Assembly (NCBI GenBank): GCA_011774835.1
Contig: JAACAK010000067.1
Location: 24,169 to 88,168 of the forward strand
Source: Candidatus Kutchimonas denitrificans
GTDB lineage: Bacteria; Gemmatimonadota; Gemmatimonadetes; Palauibacterales; KS3-K002
Length of the DNA: 64,000 nucleotides
Direction: 5' to 3'
Under the pieces are notes generated by a model, which saw only the letters and a program-made list of their open reading frames with translations, was not told where the DNA came from and searched no databases. Positions 62,630-64,000 of the stretch are shown piece after piece. Every line of letters starts with the position of its first letter. Within the stretch, counting starts at the first letter, position 1. Position numbers and translations under genes: made by a program.

Positions 62630-63966
62630 CGCTTCTTCCTCTTCTTCTTCCGCCGCGACCGCAACCTGATTCGGATCGGAACGCCCTGGAACCCCCACGA
62701 ATCACGAAAACCGTTTCTCAAATAGCGCACGTAACTTTCGGGCACGTCCCGTGGGTGGCTGCACCAGATGGCGAAGGTGGGCGGCTCGGTCCCCACCTGC
62801 GAGGCGTAGAGGAACTTCAGAGGCGTACCCCGCTTCTGCGGTGGCTGTGTCGCCTGTGTCAGCTGCTGGAGTCGCTCGTTCAGCGCCGGCGTCGGGATCC
62901 GCTTCTTCCGCTCCGCCCCAACCTGCCAGGCGAGGTCCAGGGCGCGTTGGACGCGCTGCCCGGTCAGCGCCGAGATGAACACGGTCGGAACGTTCGCCAG
63001 AAACGGGACCCGCTCGTGGAGCGCCTTCTCCATGCGGACCGCCGTATGCGTGTCTTTCTCGACCAGATCCCATTTGTTGACGGCCAAAACGACACCGCAG
63101 CCCCGGTCCCAGGCGTGCCGAACGATCCGGAAGTCCTGGTTGCTCACCCCGTCGTCAGCATCGACGATCACCGTGCAGACGTCCGCCCGATCGATGGCTC
63201 GCATCGTTCGGAGGGTCGCGTAGTATTCGAGTCCCTCGGTCACTCTACTCTTGCGGCGCAGCCCGGCCGTGTCGACGAAGACGAATCGCCGGCCCTCTCT
63301 TTCGAACGGCGTGTCGATCGCGTCCCGGGTCGTCCCGGCCTCCTCCGAGACCACCAGCCGCTCCGAACCCAGGACCCTGTTGATGAAGCTGGATTTCCCC
63401 ACGTTCGGTCTGCCGATGACCGCCAGCCGTAAACCGACCCCCTCACGCTCACCCCTCGCCTCCGCCGGCAGCATCTCGACGATCGCGTCCAACAGATCAC
63501 CGCTGCCGCGACCGCTCGCCGCCGCCAGCGGATGAGGATCCCCCAGGCCGAGGGCATAGAATTCGAGATGCGCGCTCGATTCCGGCAGGTCGTCGATCTT
63601 GTTGACGGCCAGGATCGTCCGCTTCTCGTGCACCCGCAGTAGCTCGGCGATGTGTTCGTCCAGCGGGTGGATCCCTTCGCGCCCATCGACCATGAACACG
63701 ATCACGCTCGCCTCTTCCAGGGCCAGCAACGCCTGCCGCCGTATCGCCTCGTCCAGCTCGCCCGCGGCGTCCTCCAGGATTCCGCCGGTGTCGACCACGT
63801 AAAACCGCCGACCTCCCCACTCGCCTTCGCCGAAATGAACGTCGCGCGTCACACCCGGCTGCCTGTCGACGATCGCCGGGCGACCGCCGACGACCCGGTT
63901 GAAGAACGTCGACTTGCCGACATTGGGTCGCCCGACTATGGCCACCGTCGGCGGACCGGTGGGCAC
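62626..63966 (-). CDS. der: Ribosome biogenesis GTPase Der (EngA)
   Basis: Two GRPNVGKS G-domains, GVTRD/GTTRD, NKID/NKWD, C-terminal PPTF KH-like domain. Confidence 0.97.
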   Translation of the reverse strand: MPTGPPTVAIVGRPNVGKSTFFNRVVGGRPAIVDRQPGVTRDVHFGEGEWGGRRFYVVDTGGILEDAAGELDEAIRRQALLALEEASVIVFMVDGREGIHPLDEHIAELLRVHEKRTILAVNKIDDLPESSAHLEFYALGLGDPHPLAAASGRGSGDLLDAIVEMLPAEARGEREGVGLRLAVIGRPNVGKSSFINRVLGSERLVVSEEAGTTRDAIDTPFEREGRRFVFVDTAGLRRKSRVTEGLEYYATLRTMRAIDRADVCTVIVDADDGVSNQDFRIVRHAWDRGCGVVLAVNKWDLVEKDTHTAVRMEKALHERVPFLANVPTVFISALTGQRVQRALDLAWQVGAERKKRIPTPALNERLQQLTQATQPPQKRGTPLKFLYASQVGTEPPTFAIWCSHPRDVPESYVRYLRNGFRDSWGFQGVPIRIRLRSRRKKKRKKR

Positions 63967-64000
63967 CTGTCGGGTCTCGACCTCCCCGGCTGGCTGGGCC

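Overview
GC-rich bacterial chromosomal window made up almost entirely of housekeeping operons. The RpoN N-terminus, short NuoG and gene order suggest Gemmatimonadota (FCB group); this is inference, not a database result. The + strand carries moaD-moaE, mdh, a YqiJ-like gene with an M28 peptidase homolog, nuoA-N (nuoC/D fused)-PMM/PGM, sucC-sucD-(EIIA+CBS)-ndk, yceD-rpmF-plsX-fabH-fabD-fabG-acpP-fabF, ispF-dedA-xerD-OM barrel, and kdsB-pyrG-kdsA-kdsC-kdsD-lptC-lptA-like-lptB-rpoN. That last operon runs directly into an 11.5-kb lipid-carrier glycosylation cluster. dcd is the only minus-strand gene before ~56.2 kb. After that point every gene is on the minus strand (Ig/Kelch remnant, TPR, acidic disordered protein, YqaA, pcm, surE, merR, gpsA, plsY, der), and a canonical-looking 28-bp dif site (57008-57035) lies at the strand switch. 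No rRNA, tRNA, CRISPR, transposase or prophage was found. Best leads: (1) a three-GT-C glycosylation cluster, with a D(S/T)x-rich tail on the neighbouring LptA-like protein as a possible substrate; (2) sigma54-type -24/-12 sites paired with sigma70 promoters at three core operons, one of which contains rpoN; (3) two long intergenic hairpins built from related 7-mer repeats; (4) an M28 lipoprotein with a rewritten active site; (5) LptB with an extra ~150-aa N-terminal domain; (6) an EIIA-CBS fusion between sucCD and ndk; (7) a truncated gene next to dif.
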